64,000 bases of DNA from Acidobacteriota bacterium. GTDB lineage: Bacteria > Acidobacteriota > UBA6911 > JACQSX01. This document shows, piece after piece, positions 1-9,662 of this stretch. The notes below the pieces were generated by a model that had not been told where the DNA came from, did not search any database, and saw nothing but the letters and a program-made list of their open reading frames with translations. The DNA lies in assembly GCA_036505615.1 (NCBI GenBank), contig DASXTB010000409.1, forward strand, positions 4,540 through 68,539. Reading direction: 5' to 3'. Position 1 is the stretch's first letter; the number at the start of each line of letters is the position of its first letter. The position numbers were made by a program, and so were the translations under genes.

Positions 1-390
1 AGCTATTCGGCGCGCAAACTGGGGTTAAAGACAACTGCCAGCGCTAATCGCAGAGTCTCAGAAGCACCCAATCCCGGCCCATCCAATTTTTATCTGAGAC
101 CGGGATCTTCCAGTCCGGAAGAGCTAATCGCTTCAGTAAAGAAAGGACTATATATTACCGAACTGATTGGATTCGGCGTCAATATTGTCAATGGAGACTA
201 TAGCCAGGGAGCCATCGGGCTGTGGATTGAAGATGGAGAGTTGAGATATTCAGTCCAGGAAATTACCATCGCCGGGAATCTGGGCGACATGTTGAACTCC
301 GTCGAAGCAGTGGCAAACGATCTGGAATTTCTCAGCCCAGTATCTTCGCCGACGTTTAAAATCTCACACATGACGGTGAGCGGAAAATGA
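1..390 (+). CDS. TldD/PmbA-family metalloprotease, C-terminal fragment (5' end outside window)
   Basis: Frame-1 translation from base 1 ends ...IGLWIEDGELRYSVQEITIAGNLGDMLNSVEAVANDLEFLSPVSSPTFKISHMTVSGK*. The HMTVSG tail is typical of PmbA/TldD C-termini. Stop TGA at 388-390 overlaps the next ATG (ATGA). Confidence 0.65.
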   Translation, partial: SYSARKLGLKTTASANRRVSEAPNPGPSNFYLRPGSSSPEELIASVKKGLYITELIGFGVNIVNGDYSQGAIGLWIEDGELRYSVQEITIAGNLGDMLNSVEAVANDLEFLSPVSSPTFKISHMTVSGK

Positions 391-896
391 ACATACAACT
401 GGAACCGAAGCGGGAGTCAGCCTCGGGAATCAAATTGATTTTGCCAATCGCCCTTTGCGCCGCGATCTTGCTGGGGGCAATCTTGTTTCTGTGGGTACGC
501 TCTGCCGGGACCGCAGGCAGGCAGCCTGAGGTGGAGGGACTGACACGCAAAGGAAGCGCGGATTATGAAAAATATCATCCGCTTCTGGCGACAGTCTCAA
601 AAAAAGCGACAGTGCAGAGAAACTATGCCAGGCAGCGGACAGTTCTGGTCAGCGGCGTCATCCACAATGGCAGCGATCGCTGGCTGGAAGCCCTGGAGAT
701 GCGGATCATCTTGTTCCAGGGTGACCAGCCTGTATTGACGGAAACTCGCCTTCCTCTCTTTCCAGGTTCGCGGGCCAAACCGGTTTCTCCACAGGGCGAT
801 TTCCAATTTTCCTTGATGCTCGAGAAAATTCCTCTCGACTGGACTGGCGGAAGCTTCGACCTTGAGATCACCGGATTTAAACTTGCCGGCAAATGA
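387..896 (+). CDS. Hypothetical single-pass membrane protein, translationally coupled on both sides
   Basis: 169 aa. N-terminal TM segment (LILPIALCAAILLGAILFLWV). ATGA overlap with the upstream TldD-like gene and with the downstream phosphatase gene (893/896). Confidence 0.5.
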   Translation: MNIQLEPKRESASGIKLILPIALCAAILLGAILFLWVRSAGTAGRQPEVEGLTRKGSADYEKYHPLLATVSKKATVQRNYARQRTVLVSGVIHNGSDRWLEALEMRIILFQGDQPVLTETRLPLFPGSRAKPVSPQGDFQFSLMLEKIPLDWTGGSFDLEITGFKLAGK

Positions 897-2947
897 AACT
901 TTTCAATGCGCCGCGGTGGGAGAATGTGAAGGAAAGATTCCGGCCGCAACGGCGTATTGCGCGCGTAACCCTTCTCGGCGCGGTGTTTTATCTTGTCGGA
1001 TCGATCATTGAAAGGTCCTTTCCTGAGTCACTGGCCGCCTTGCTGCAGAATCTCGGCGCGCTGCTGCTGCTGGCTGGCGGCGTGTATTACCTGTTCCGCC
1101 TGTTTCTCTGGCTGAAGCGAAAACTGCTCTGGAAGGTGCGGAACAAACTGATCGTCTCTTACGCATTTGTGGGGGTGGTACCGCTGCTTCTGCTCTGCGT
1201 GATGATTTTCCTCGGCGCCAAGCTCATCTTCGGGCAATTGGGGGCGTACTACGTTAACTCGGAAATAGACAAAATCACCGACGAGCTCGAAGCAATCAAC
1301 ATCAATTTGCATCTGACCGAACTCAGAAGAGGTTGGGGCGATCTGTTCGCTCAGCCCGCCAGCTTCCAAAAACTCATCCCCAAGGAGGTACGCAGCCATT
1401 ATCCGGACCTCAATTTCCACCTTTTTCTGCGAACAAATGACGCTTATGTGTCGACAGATTCTGCCAGCCCTGCTCAGCTTCCCGCGTGGCTTGATTCGCC
1501 GCACTGGAGAGGGGTGGTGCTCGACAACGGCGCCGTTTACTTCAGGAGTCTCTGTTTTGGAGAATCGCCGCAGGGGAAATTCGCAACCGAACTGTCGGTG
1601 CCGCTGACGGATTCCATAATTAAATTGCTGCAGCAGCGAACTGGAATCCAGATCCTTCCTCTACAGCTCCGGCTGCCCGATCCGACCGCTTCCCGCAACC
1701 AGCGTCTCGAGCTGGAGAAGGCCCAATCGGAGCGGACTTCAGCATTTCTCTCCGATACCGGGGGGCAATTGGCCGGCAGAGGAATTGCCTGGACTTCGCT
1801 GCTGCAAACTCTCGACTGGCAGACCGGTGAGCGCCCTCGTCAGGTGAAGGGAGTGGTGGTGTTGAAGTCCTCCTTTTGGAACATCTACAACCACTACTTT
1901 TACGATACGGGGGATTTTGGAAGATTTATTCTTCTCATTCTGGGACTGGTGGGCGGAGTCTGCTTAATAGTCGAAGTGGTGTCGGTTCTGGTCGGATTGC
2001 TGATCGCGCGATCAATCACAGCTTCGGTTCACCACCTCTCTTCGGGAGCCGAGAGCATTCTGAAGGGCGACTTCGATTATCGGATCAAAACCCGAAACCG
2101 GGACCAGCTGGACCATCTGGGCCAAACCTTCAACCAGATGTCTGCCAGCATTCAACAATTGCTTCTGGAGGTTGCGGAGAAAGAGCGCCTGGAAAAAGAG
2201 ATCGAAATCGCGCGCGAAGTTCAAGCGCAGTTATTTCCCCGTTACATTCCCAAAACCCCGGGCCTGGAGCTGAGCTGCACCTGCATTCCTGCCCGCACCG
2301 TCAGCGGGGATTATTACGACTTCCTGGCACATTCAGCGACTATCATTGACATCATCGTCAGCGATATCAGCGGAAAAGGGATTTCGGCAGCGCTGCTGAT
2401 GGCCAACCTCCAGTCGACCATCCGCAGTCAGGCTTCCATCTCAAGGCTGAAAGGTCTCGCGTCGGGTCGCCAGGATGGCCAGGAAGATGTGGCGGCAATA
2501 GTGAAGCTGATCAATCACCACATTTACGAGAATACTTCCGCCGAAAAATACGCCACTCTTTTTTACGGGCGGTATGATGGGGACTCATCCTCGCTGGCCT
2601 TCTGCAATGCGGGCCACAATCCGCCTTTGCTGTTCCGTGACGGCACGGTGACTCGGCTTGAGAAGGGCGGCACGGTGGTAGGATTGTTTGACAGCTCCAC
2701 CTACGAGCAGGGCTATGCAGCTCTGGACAGAGGCAGCCTGCTGGTCTTTTACACCGACGGTCTAACGGAAGCGCAAAATCCACTTGGTGAAGAATTCGGC
2801 GAGAAACGGCTGATCGAGCTGATTTCCTTAGAGCGTTCATTGAGCGCCGATAAATTACGGCAGGTCCTGTCCCAACATGTCGAACAGTGGGTTGCCGGAG
2901 GGGAGCAGCACGACGACATCACAATTGTCGTTGCCAAGGTAAAGTAG
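893..2947 (+). CDS. Membrane sensor phosphatase: periplasmic domain, HAMP and PP2C (SpoIIE/RsbU family)
   Basis: 684 aa. Two TM regions flank a ~250-aa extracytoplasmic segment. HAMP-like linker (LIARSITASVHHLSSGAESILKGDFDYRIKTRNRDQLDHLGQTFNQM). C-terminal PP2C/SpoIIE motifs (GDYYDF, DISGKGISAALLMANL, FYTDGLTEA). Confidence 0.8.
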   Translation: MKLFNAPRWENVKERFRPQRRIARVTLLGAVFYLVGSIIERSFPESLAALLQNLGALLLLAGGVYYLFRLFLWLKRKLLWKVRNKLIVSYAFVGVVPLLLLCVMIFLGAKLIFGQLGAYYVNSEIDKITDELEAININLHLTELRRGWGDLFAQPASFQKLIPKEVRSHYPDLNFHLFLRTNDAYVSTDSASPAQLPAWLDSPHWRGVVLDNGAVYFRSLCFGESPQGKFATELSVPLTDSIIKLLQQRTGIQILPLQLRLPDPTASRNQRLELEKAQSERTSAFLSDTGGQLAGRGIAWTSLLQTLDWQTGERPRQVKGVVVLKSSFWNIYNHYFYDTGDFGRFILLILGLVGGVCLIVEVVSVLVGLLIARSITASVHHLSSGAESILKGDFDYRIKTRNRDQLDHLGQTFNQMSASIQQLLLEVAEKERLEKEIEIAREVQAQLFPRYIPKTPGLELSCTCIPARTVSGDYYDFLAHSATIIDIIVSDISGKGISAALLMANLQSTIRSQASISRLKGLASGRQDGQEDVAAIVKLINHHIYENTSAEKYATLFYGRYDGDSSSLAFCNAGHNPPLLFRDGTVTRLEKGGTVVGLFDSSTYEQGYAALDRGSLLVFYTDGLTEAQNPLGEEFGEKRLIELISLERSLSADKLRQVLSQHVEQWVAGGEQHDDITIVVAKVK

Positions 2948-3505
2948 TACCTAGTGCCCAGTGGTTGTCAGTGGCACTGCAAGCACCCACAGAGCCGCGA
3001 CCGGAAGGGCGCGGCGCGGCAATCTAAGGTATCCGCACGACCCCATAACCGTGAATATCTTGGCAGCTTGCACGCACCGGATTGGGGAAGCCCGGCTATG
3101 CTGTCGCGCCGCCTCCTTCCGGCCGCGGCTCCGTGGCTGCACGCAATGCCGTGTGGTCGGGGGCGGTCGATTTCCCAAATCTGAATTGCCCTGTTCACAC
3201 CAGCGGTTTGGACTCGCTCGCTAAGCGATTTCTGTCTTCCCGCCAAAATTTTGACCAATTTGTGAACTTTACGTTCATCAAGCGGACCTAGTCTCCGTTT
3301 CTCGAGACCAGTTGCAGGTCGCTGGCCTGGCACTAAGAGTTGACCGGGACCTGGCCACTAGCAACTGGCAACTGAGCACTGCGCACTGCGCTCTAAAATT
3401 TCTTTACATTGCCCGCGTTTTTCGCTAGTTTTCACCTGAATTTAAGAACTGACCCGAAATTGGTAATTAGCAACTGCTAACTAAGCATATTTTTAAATAA
3501 AAATC

Positions 3506-4135
3506 ATGACTAAACAAAATGCAATCAACGAATATGTTCGCAAAAAGCTCCGCAAGATTCGCCTGGCTAAAAGCCTCACGCTGACGCAACTGGCGGCCCA
3601 AGCCGGGTTGCCATACAGTTCCTACGCTTGCATGGAGTCAGGTTTTTACAACATTAACCTGGATAATTTGTTTCGTATTCTAGATGTGCTGGGAGCCGAT
3701 ATCAGCGAAGTGTGGCCGACCGAGACGGCGGGGCTTCCGGCCACCGATGTTTCGCTTTACCTGAAAAAGATACAGGAGTTCCGGCTGGGTGAAATTGTTT
3801 CCCTGTGCGCCGCCGAAGGAGGAGCGCTGTTTGCCGTTCGCAACGGCAAGTGCTCGCTGCCTCTGCATCATCGCCTCAGCGACTTCCTGCTGGATCGATT
3901 GGTCCTCTATCTCGAAGACGGCCGGAAATACCCCGAAGGTTTGTGGTTTGAAAAGACGCAAGGCGACACAACATTCCACCTGTTTCTGAAAACCGAGGAT
4001 TGTCCGGCCTATGTAAAAAAGCTGGTAGAGCAATATTTGGTTATCTGGTCCAACCTCTTCTGCGGAGTGCTGATTAAAGAGGCGACGCGGCCTGGAATCG
4101 CAAAAGAGTTATTGCAGCGATCGAAACAGGGCTAG
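3506..4135 (+). CDS. XRE-family HTH transcriptional regulator with a C-terminal uncharacterised domain
   Basis: 209 aa. N-terminal helix-turn-helix (LAKSLTLTQLAAQAGLPYSSYACMESGFYNINLDNLFRILDVLGADISEV). Confidence 0.65.
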   Translation: MTKQNAINEYVRKKLRKIRLAKSLTLTQLAAQAGLPYSSYACMESGFYNINLDNLFRILDVLGADISEVWPTETAGLPATDVSLYLKKIQEFRLGEIVSLCAAEGGALFAVRNGKCSLPLHHRLSDFLLDRLVLYLEDGRKYPEGLWFEKTQGDTTFHLFLKTEDCPAYVKKLVEQYLVIWSNLFCGVLIKEATRPGIAKELLQRSKQG

Positions 4136-4513
4136 CTCTAGACCGGAGAGGAAACGCAGATCATTTCGGCTGCAGAAGAACTTCGCCTTGAGCCTCATCA
4201 GGTAATAGCTGGCAAAGAAGACGCCCACAAAAGCGATCGAACTCATTCTCAGCGCCCGCAGCCGTAGCAGGGTCTTCACATCTCCCATCAGAAAATCGGA
4301 AAACTCCAGAAACAGATTCTGTCGAGATTTAGTGTGCTGCATAAGAAGTCGAACGTCCGGAGCTTCCAAAAGCCGCAAAATATGGGCCAGAGATAGTTCT
4401 ACTTGCTCAAGACTCTTTCGCTCTGGCTCGTCCCACCGCAAGGAACACACCTGCAGGTAGAAGACATAAAGCATCAGCGCCAGCGAAATTGCTGCGATGT
4501 AGTAGTAAATCAT
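4109..4513 (-). CDS. Hypothetical membrane protein
   Basis: The ORF extends to 4615, but the internal ATG at 4513-4511 gives an ATGA overlap with the stop of the upstream membrane-protein gene (4510). Product begins with a TM helix (MIYYYIAAISLALMLYVFYL). Confidence 0.4.
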   Translation of the reverse strand: MIYYYIAAISLALMLYVFYLQVCSLRWDEPERKSLEQVELSLAHILRLLEAPDVRLLMQHTKSRQNLFLEFSDFLMGDVKTLLRLRALRMSSIAFVGVFFASYYLMRLKAKFFCSRNDLRFLSGLELALFRSLQ

Positions 4514-5244
4514 CGGAGGAGCAACGATCTGAGCACCTGCTCCAACTGATCGTTGACCTTTGCAAACTGGTCCTCTGCAAAAGGCTTCAATCGACGCGTC
4601 GGAACATAATCCCAAAGCGCGTAAGCGAAGATAATCAGCGCCATGAGATAAATAAATGGGACAAAAAACCCAAAAATTTGAAATGGCGAAACGGCGAATA
4701 CATAGCGTCCAAAATTAATGCTCTGCAAAGCCACCATGACCGCAATCCCCACCAGAATTCCCTTTGCATTGCGCCCCAGATCCAGTTGGTTATTTGAATA
4801 GACTTTGCGGTACACCAACAGGCACGCCACAACCTGCAGCGGAAGAGTCAGCGCATGGTAGTTCAGGAAGGGATCCCCTCTTTTCATCGAAAATACCTGC
4901 CAAGCAATTGGCGCTGTAGTCACAGCGACGAGACTAGCCCAGCGCGGCAAGTCCTTCCAAGAACTATTGGCATAGCCAACACTTTGACGGTACAAATCCC
5001 AGAGGATCCAGAGTTGCAACAACGGGATCAAAGTGTTCGGAAGGTGAAAGGAATAGTAGTACTGAGGGGACGTGATGCCAAAAAAAAGGACTACAAGAAG
5101 ATTTCCCAGCGAGGTAGTGAGGCAGAAACTGATGTATCCGTAAAAGATTGGATACAGATGCAATATCCCGTTCCTGAAACCTCGAAAGAGAATCAAAAAC
5201 AGCAGGACAATATTGATAGCCCAAATCGCGTAAGCCTGCGTCAT
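4510..5244 (-). CDS. Polytopic integral membrane protein (about 7 TM), function unknown
   Basis: 244 aa, almost entirely hydrophobic helices. No recognisable catalytic motif. Confidence 0.5.
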   Translation of the reverse strand: MTQAYAIWAINIVLLFLILFRGFRNGILHLYPIFYGYISFCLTTSLGNLLVVLFFGITSPQYYYSFHLPNTLIPLLQLWILWDLYRQSVGYANSSWKDLPRWASLVAVTTAPIAWQVFSMKRGDPFLNYHALTLPLQVVACLLVYRKVYSNNQLDLGRNAKGILVGIAVMVALQSINFGRYVFAVSPFQIFGFFVPFIYLMALIIFAYALWDYVPTRRLKPFAEDQFAKVNDQLEQVLRSLLLR

Positions 5245-5428
5245 CCGAATAAACTAAAGATAAATCGGTTTAAGCGCAAGTCATTTTAAGAAAGTCAAGC
5301 ATTATTGGATATACCAACAAAAACGACGATTCTGTGTTGGTTATTCCAATATTGCTATCTCCTTCCGTGCCTGGTCCTCTATCTTGGCGTCAATCTAGAA
5401 TAAAAACCTTATGGTTAGGAGGCACAAC

Positions 5429-5626
5429 ATGTTTTATCGAGCCGCATTCTGTCTGATTCTGTTGGCCCTTTGGGCTGCTCCTCACAATCTATCGAGGGCT
5501 AAATCAAGCGTAGCGCCGGCACCTCACAGCCCGTCTCTTAGAGCGGATGACTGCTGCCCCGAACCGCCGCCACCGCCGCCGCCGCCAGCCGGAGCCGTGC
5601 CGGCAGGAGCCCCGACCGGAACGTAG
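5429..5626 (+). CDS. Small secreted proline-rich peptide (65 aa)
   Basis: Strong SD (AGGAGG) 6 nt before the ATG at 5429. Signal-peptide-like N-terminus (MFYRAAFCLILLALWAAP). C-terminus is DDCCPEPPPPPPPPAGAVPAGAPTGT. Sits in an AT-rich promoter-like region. Confidence 0.35.
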   Translation: MFYRAAFCLILLALWAAPHNLSRAKSSVAPAPHSPSLRADDCCPEPPPPPPPPAGAVPAGAPTGT

Positions 5627-5691
5627 CTGCCGATCCGGAGCGTAAATGAAGGGGTCAGGAACCCGGCGGGGCTTGGCTCCCCTCATTTCCT

Positions 5692-6057
5692 ATGGCCAAA
5701 ATCCTAGTCGTGGATGACGAGCCTGCGATCGTGCGCTTTCTCAAGAGCTTTCTAGAGAAGAGGCATTACGCGGCTGTGACGGCATCCACCGGGCAGGAGG
5801 CGCTCGAAAAGTTCAGGCAAGAAGCCCCCGAAGTAGTCCTGCTCGATATCCGACTGCCCGATAGGAACGGTCTGGAAGTACTCAAGGAAATGAAGAGCAT
5901 CGATCCGCGCGTCAGCGTGATCATAGTTACAGCCGTCACCGATGACGAAATAGGCAAGCGGGCCCTGGAGTTGGGCGCGTTCGATTATCTGATCAAGCCG
6001 TTCGAGCTGGGGCATCTGGAGCAAGTCCTGAGATGGACGGTTAAGTTGATTTCCTGA
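5692..6057 (+). CDS. Single-domain response regulator (CheY-like receiver)
   Basis: 121 aa. VVDDEP, the phospho-acceptor Asp in LLDIRLPD, and conserved Thr/Lys (IIVTAVTD...LIKPF). Confidence 0.85.
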   Translation: MAKILVVDDEPAIVRFLKSFLEKRHYAAVTASTGQEALEKFRQEAPEVVLLDIRLPDRNGLEVLKEMKSIDPRVSVIIVTAVTDDEIGKRALELGAFDYLIKPFELGHLEQVLRWTVKLIS

Positions 6058-6088
6058 AGTATGGAACGAAGTATAGAACATGGATACG

Positions 6089-6245
6089 AGCGGGAGAGTG
6101 GGTGAGCGGGCGAGCGGCTGAGTGGGCGAGTCGGTAATCCCGTGATCCTTCAAACTCTCTATTATACGGTTCTCCAGTGACCGGCTCCCCTACTCCAGCG
6201 CTCTCCACTCCCCCACTCTCCCGCTCACCCACTCATTCCCTCTCC
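6089..6245. repeat. Inverted repeat (GRGAGTGGG-type units) between convergent genes
   Basis: 6089-6138 (gggagagtgggtgagcgggcgagcgg...) is the reverse complement of 6196-6245 (...ctctcccgctcacccactc). Likely a bidirectional terminator hairpin. The same unit family recurs inside a CDS at 58795-58915. Confidence 0.6.
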
Positions 6246-6262
6246 AGCCCGGTGTATCTTCC

Positions 6263-8923
6263 CTAAGGAACTACCTTCGACGCCGGTACCGCCGACAGCA
6301 CGCTGCCGCTTCCCGTGCCGAAAAGTACAATCGCCGACACAGGCTGATCGGATCGCACGCGAATATATCCGCCCGACTGATTTGCCGCAGCGGGAACCAG
6401 TTCTGTAATCAGATTACTCAACTTCTGATTGGCGCTCAGCGTCTGCTGCTTGGTTCCCAAAAGCACGCCGCTGGGAGCATGAGCTTCTATTGTGAGCTGC
6501 GCCGAAACTGGATTCGGATTGTAGATGGCCAGTCCGGTAAAGAAGCCGCTTGCCGTGGCCAACTGTTCAAACAACAGGTCCTTCCCCAAAGTTGCGACCG
6601 ATTCCAGCGGCAGCTCGGAGGCAAAGTTGGGAACAAAGGCGGCGCCATCTCCAAAAAGAATGCTGCCAAAAAGCGAGCCGCCGGAAAGACTCTTTACTGT
6701 GATCGACCCGATAATGGGCGGCCCCGCCGGAAGCAGGCCGAAGGTATCTGCAACCTCGAGCTTCAGAATTGTCTGGGCGCCGACAACCTGCACTTGAGGA
6801 GTTCCAACATCCCTCCCTGAAAGATCCCGGGCGTCGATCTCCACGGAAATCGGCGTATTTCCGGGATTGACCAGGTACAGGCGCGAGAAGAATGTCAATC
6901 CGGCATTCCCCACGGCAAAATGCGGAGTTACCAAAGTCGTCGCAGTCGCGTTGAGATCTTGCGCATTCAGGCTTGCCAGCGAGGAATTCGAGCTGAGCAA
7001 CTCCAGGGCAAACACAGGCTGAGTGCTGTGGAAGGTTATGTAGCCAAGATCGCTGAATATCCCGGGGAATAAATCTGACGCGGTGATTCTTAAATTTCCT
7101 CGGGCAGCAACTGTTTTGGTCGCCGACAATTTTTGCGCCCCCGTAACTGACAACCCGACAAACTGAAATGTCAGCGTGGCCTGCGTGGTGTTGAAATTGG
7201 CCACGTTGATTTCAGTCTGGTAAGTGGCGTTTTGACGGATGTCGGTGAAAACTCCGTCCGTGAGCGGCGAGCTCGGCACATCGCTCCCGTCCAGCTTAGT
7301 GAGCGCGAAATCGCCCGTCAGAAAGAAGGAGTAAACCTGCGGCTGGTCTGCCTGCAGTTCCACCCAGCCACTCTCGTTCTGCACCGCTTGAAAGATCTCC
7401 TGGCTAAGCTTGGCCACCTGGCCGCCGGCCGGAACGGAAAGCATGGCGGGATTCACCATCCCTGGAATCGAGATCAGTTTTCCAGTGGAGTCCAAAAAGA
7501 GAGCCCGTACTACAGTCGATTGACTAGAAAGATTGGTAATACCGATGCCGGTAAAGTCGGTGCTGCTCTGGCGGACGGCGGCGAAACGCTGCAAGGATTG
7601 TGTAATATTCTGCTCGGCGACAATCAAGCCGGCAGTGTAATAAGAGGTTTGCCCGCCCGCAGTCACCTTGACCTGTCTTGCACCCGGAGTAGCGTCCGGC
7701 GCTACCGCAATGTCGGCAAAGACGAACGCCGTTCCGCTTTGGAAGCTGCCCGTGCCGCGTGTCTTGATCGTTATACCGGAACCCTCAATATCCAGCTTCA
7801 AATCAGCCGCGCCCTTGGTAATTCCGTCGCCCACGACGACAAAGGTTATCGGCTGTGCCTGTCCCTCGCCTGGCGCCAGTAGAATTGGGCCAGCGCCAAC
7901 TAGAAAGCTGTTGGCAGAGCCGCTGGCGCCGTTAAAATTGCGCCCCGCTTTTGTGGCGTTCAGCGTGGTATCCCCGGAGGGCACGGAGATGTTGGCACTT
8001 TGAATGTTCTGCCCTACGGCCACCGTCTGAGCGGGGCCATCGGATGTTTTAAATTTGGTGCTGGCGCTGCCGAAAAATGCGTTGATGTTCCCGCTGAAAA
8101 GTGAGCTTAACGTGACAGGACCGTCAAAGGGTTCGGCGTAAATGGAATAATTCCCGGGCGGCACGCTGTCAATCAAGTAAGAACCGTCGCGTAAACTCAC
8201 CCCGCTTATGTAGACATTCTTCGTCGAGTCGTAAGCAACGACATGGGCGCCAAACACCGGAGTCGATCCTGACAGCACCTTACCCGAGATGGAACCGAAC
8301 GGGTGATTGGCCGTGGGATAGGTTGAGGCAACAAAGGCGACGTCGTCGGCATCCAGACTGCGTTGAAAGAATTCTACTTCACCGGAGCTCTGAAACATGG
8401 TGGCTGACTGCACGGCTGTATGATCGGCGGTGATGGAGTGACCCATCTCATGCGTGGCGACTGACTGAACATCGAAGCCTTGAGTGCCTGGAACTACAAA
8501 AAAAGTGACATTTGGATTGAATGCGATGTCGGTATCGTTGACAATCCCGCTGGACGAGCCAAAGGAAATCACGGTTTGGGCCAGCGTGTCGCTATCGCCG
8601 ATGAATTCGCTGTTGTCGGAAAATGTAATCAGATTTATTCCGTCGCTCTGGGCTTTTGTCTGACTGCTGGTGGTAAAGGGCAGGAAGACGACGGCGGATG
8701 TGGAGAGCTGGTTCCATTCCTGACGCGCCGCATTCAGAGCCGCGATCGGGTCTCCCCCCGGGAGAATATTCGGGGCGGTTGCGATCTTGTCGTTCAGCAC
8801 AAACTGCACATTAGTGGAAGGAAGCTTGAGTGGATCTCCCGAATTCGTGCGGATCCGGGAAAAGCCCATGAGCGACAGCGACAGCACGCAACACAGCAGA
8901 ACAGAAAGCAGCAATCTTTTCAT
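6263..8923 (-). CDS. Secreted zinc metalloprotease (HEMGH...H metzincin-like motif) with multiple C-terminal beta-sandwich domains
   Basis: 886 aa. Signal peptide (MKRLLLSVLLCCVLSLSLMG). HExxH plus a third His (VATHEMGHSITADH). Long Ig-like/carboxypeptidase-regulatory-like repeats downstream. Confidence 0.7.
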   Translation of the reverse strand: MKRLLLSVLLCCVLSLSLMGFSRIRTNSGDPLKLPSTNVQFVLNDKIATAPNILPGGDPIAALNAARQEWNQLSTSAVVFLPFTTSSQTKAQSDGINLITFSDNSEFIGDSDTLAQTVISFGSSSGIVNDTDIAFNPNVTFFVVPGTQGFDVQSVATHEMGHSITADHTAVQSATMFQSSGEVEFFQRSLDADDVAFVASTYPTANHPFGSISGKVLSGSTPVFGAHVVAYDSTKNVYISGVSLRDGSYLIDSVPPGNYSIYAEPFDGPVTLSSLFSGNINAFFGSASTKFKTSDGPAQTVAVGQNIQSANISVPSGDTTLNATKAGRNFNGASGSANSFLVGAGPILLAPGEGQAQPITFVVVGDGITKGAADLKLDIEGSGITIKTRGTGSFQSGTAFVFADIAVAPDATPGARQVKVTAGGQTSYYTAGLIVAEQNITQSLQRFAAVRQSSTDFTGIGITNLSSQSTVVRALFLDSTGKLISIPGMVNPAMLSVPAGGQVAKLSQEIFQAVQNESGWVELQADQPQVYSFFLTGDFALTKLDGSDVPSSPLTDGVFTDIRQNATYQTEINVANFNTTQATLTFQFVGLSVTGAQKLSATKTVAARGNLRITASDLFPGIFSDLGYITFHSTQPVFALELLSSNSSLASLNAQDLNATATTLVTPHFAVGNAGLTFFSRLYLVNPGNTPISVEIDARDLSGRDVGTPQVQVVGAQTILKLEVADTFGLLPAGPPIIGSITVKSLSGGSLFGSILFGDGAAFVPNFASELPLESVATLGKDLLFEQLATASGFFTGLAIYNPNPVSAQLTIEAHAPSGVLLGTKQQTLSANQKLSNLITELVPAAANQSGGYIRVRSDQPVSAIVLFGTGSGSVLSAVPASKVVP

Positions 8924-9435
8924 CGCACCACCCTCCGAGAATCACGATCCGCTTGCCGGATTCGCTGCAGAAGTTCTGCCAAAGGAATCTTGTCGGCAGC
9001 GGCGGCCATGGGAACCGCTGGAATAGCGAACCTTTCTCCACGTTCCTGAATCACCGGAAATTTCCCCTGGATCAATCCGGTGGTACGCCATTTGCCCGCA
9101 AGATTCTTCAGGAATAACACCGCTTCTTCGCCCACTTGAAACCGGGCTGTTCCGGGGACGATCATCCCTTTGTCCCCCACCACTCCGCCCAGCTCCGTCA
9201 CTGTGACAAACGGGCCGGCCTGTCCCTTGGCGGCGTCCATCACCTGGATCCTAGTGTCAGTCAACACCCAGCCTCGTTCGGGCATAATATAACTATATGT
9301 GCTTACTACCTTGCCGTAGACGACCAGTTCGGAATGATCCAGCAGTTGATTAAAATCCAATCTTCGGAGGGTCGTTGCCGTTGCGAAAGAGCAAAGCAGC
9401 GTCACCGCGGCAAGTAATCCACAGATCTTCTTCAT
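8920..9435 (-). CDS. Small secreted hypothetical protein, coupled to the metalloprotease gene
   Basis: Start taken at MKKICGLLAAVTLLCSFATA (signal peptide). Its stop overlaps the ATG of the downstream protease gene (ATGA at 8920-8923). Confidence 0.5.
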   Translation of the reverse strand: MKKICGLLAAVTLLCSFATATTLRRLDFNQLLDHSELVVYGKVVSTYSYIMPERGWVLTDTRIQVMDAAKGQAGPFVTVTELGGVVGDKGMIVPGTARFQVGEEAVLFLKNLAGKWRTTGLIQGKFPVIQERGERFAIPAVPMAAAADKIPLAELLQRIRQADRDSRRVVR

Positions 9436-9536
9436 AAGTTCCCCTTTCACCGTCACGTTACAGGGTTCGGCTTTCAAGTTTCAAGCCGGAAACCTTTAAC
9501 CTGGATCATTCAAGAACTGAATGAATCGGCCACAGA

Positions 9537-9662
9537 TTACACGGATTTACACGGATAAGATCGGGGTCCGGGGATGGCCCCAACTGCAGTCTGACGGGCG
9601 AGTCATTCATCGCGCCCATCCCCTGACCCCGAACTTATCCGTGTAATCAGCGTAAATCGGTG
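9537..9662. repeat. Nested imperfect palindrome (CACGGAT family)
   Basis: ttacacggataagatcggggtc ... gaccccgaacttatccgtgtaa, with an inner ggggatgg...ccatcccc hairpin. Confidence 0.55.

Noticed and set aside
2951-3333. Several 70-120-aa ORFs on both strands in the 550-bp gap before the XRE regulator
   Set aside because: Mutually overlapping, Arg/Pro-rich, no RBS. I treat the region as non-coding. It could hold an sRNA or leader but I cannot support one.
3328-3344. TGGCAC-N6-TTGAC resembling a sigma-54 promoter (-24/-12)
   Set aside because: The GG to GC spacing is off by one from the canonical TGGCACG-N4-TTGC, and no sigma-54 activator is adjacent to this gene.
4109-4615. Full-length 168-aa version of the minus-strand membrane-protein ORF
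   Set aside because: The upstream 34 codons overlap the preceding gene by 106 nt. The internal ATG giving an ATGA junction is more plausible.
7232-8003. Plus-strand ORFs (216 aa, 111 aa) antisense to the metalloprotease gene
   Set aside because: Antisense overlap with a signal-peptide/HExxH-supported gene. No motifs.
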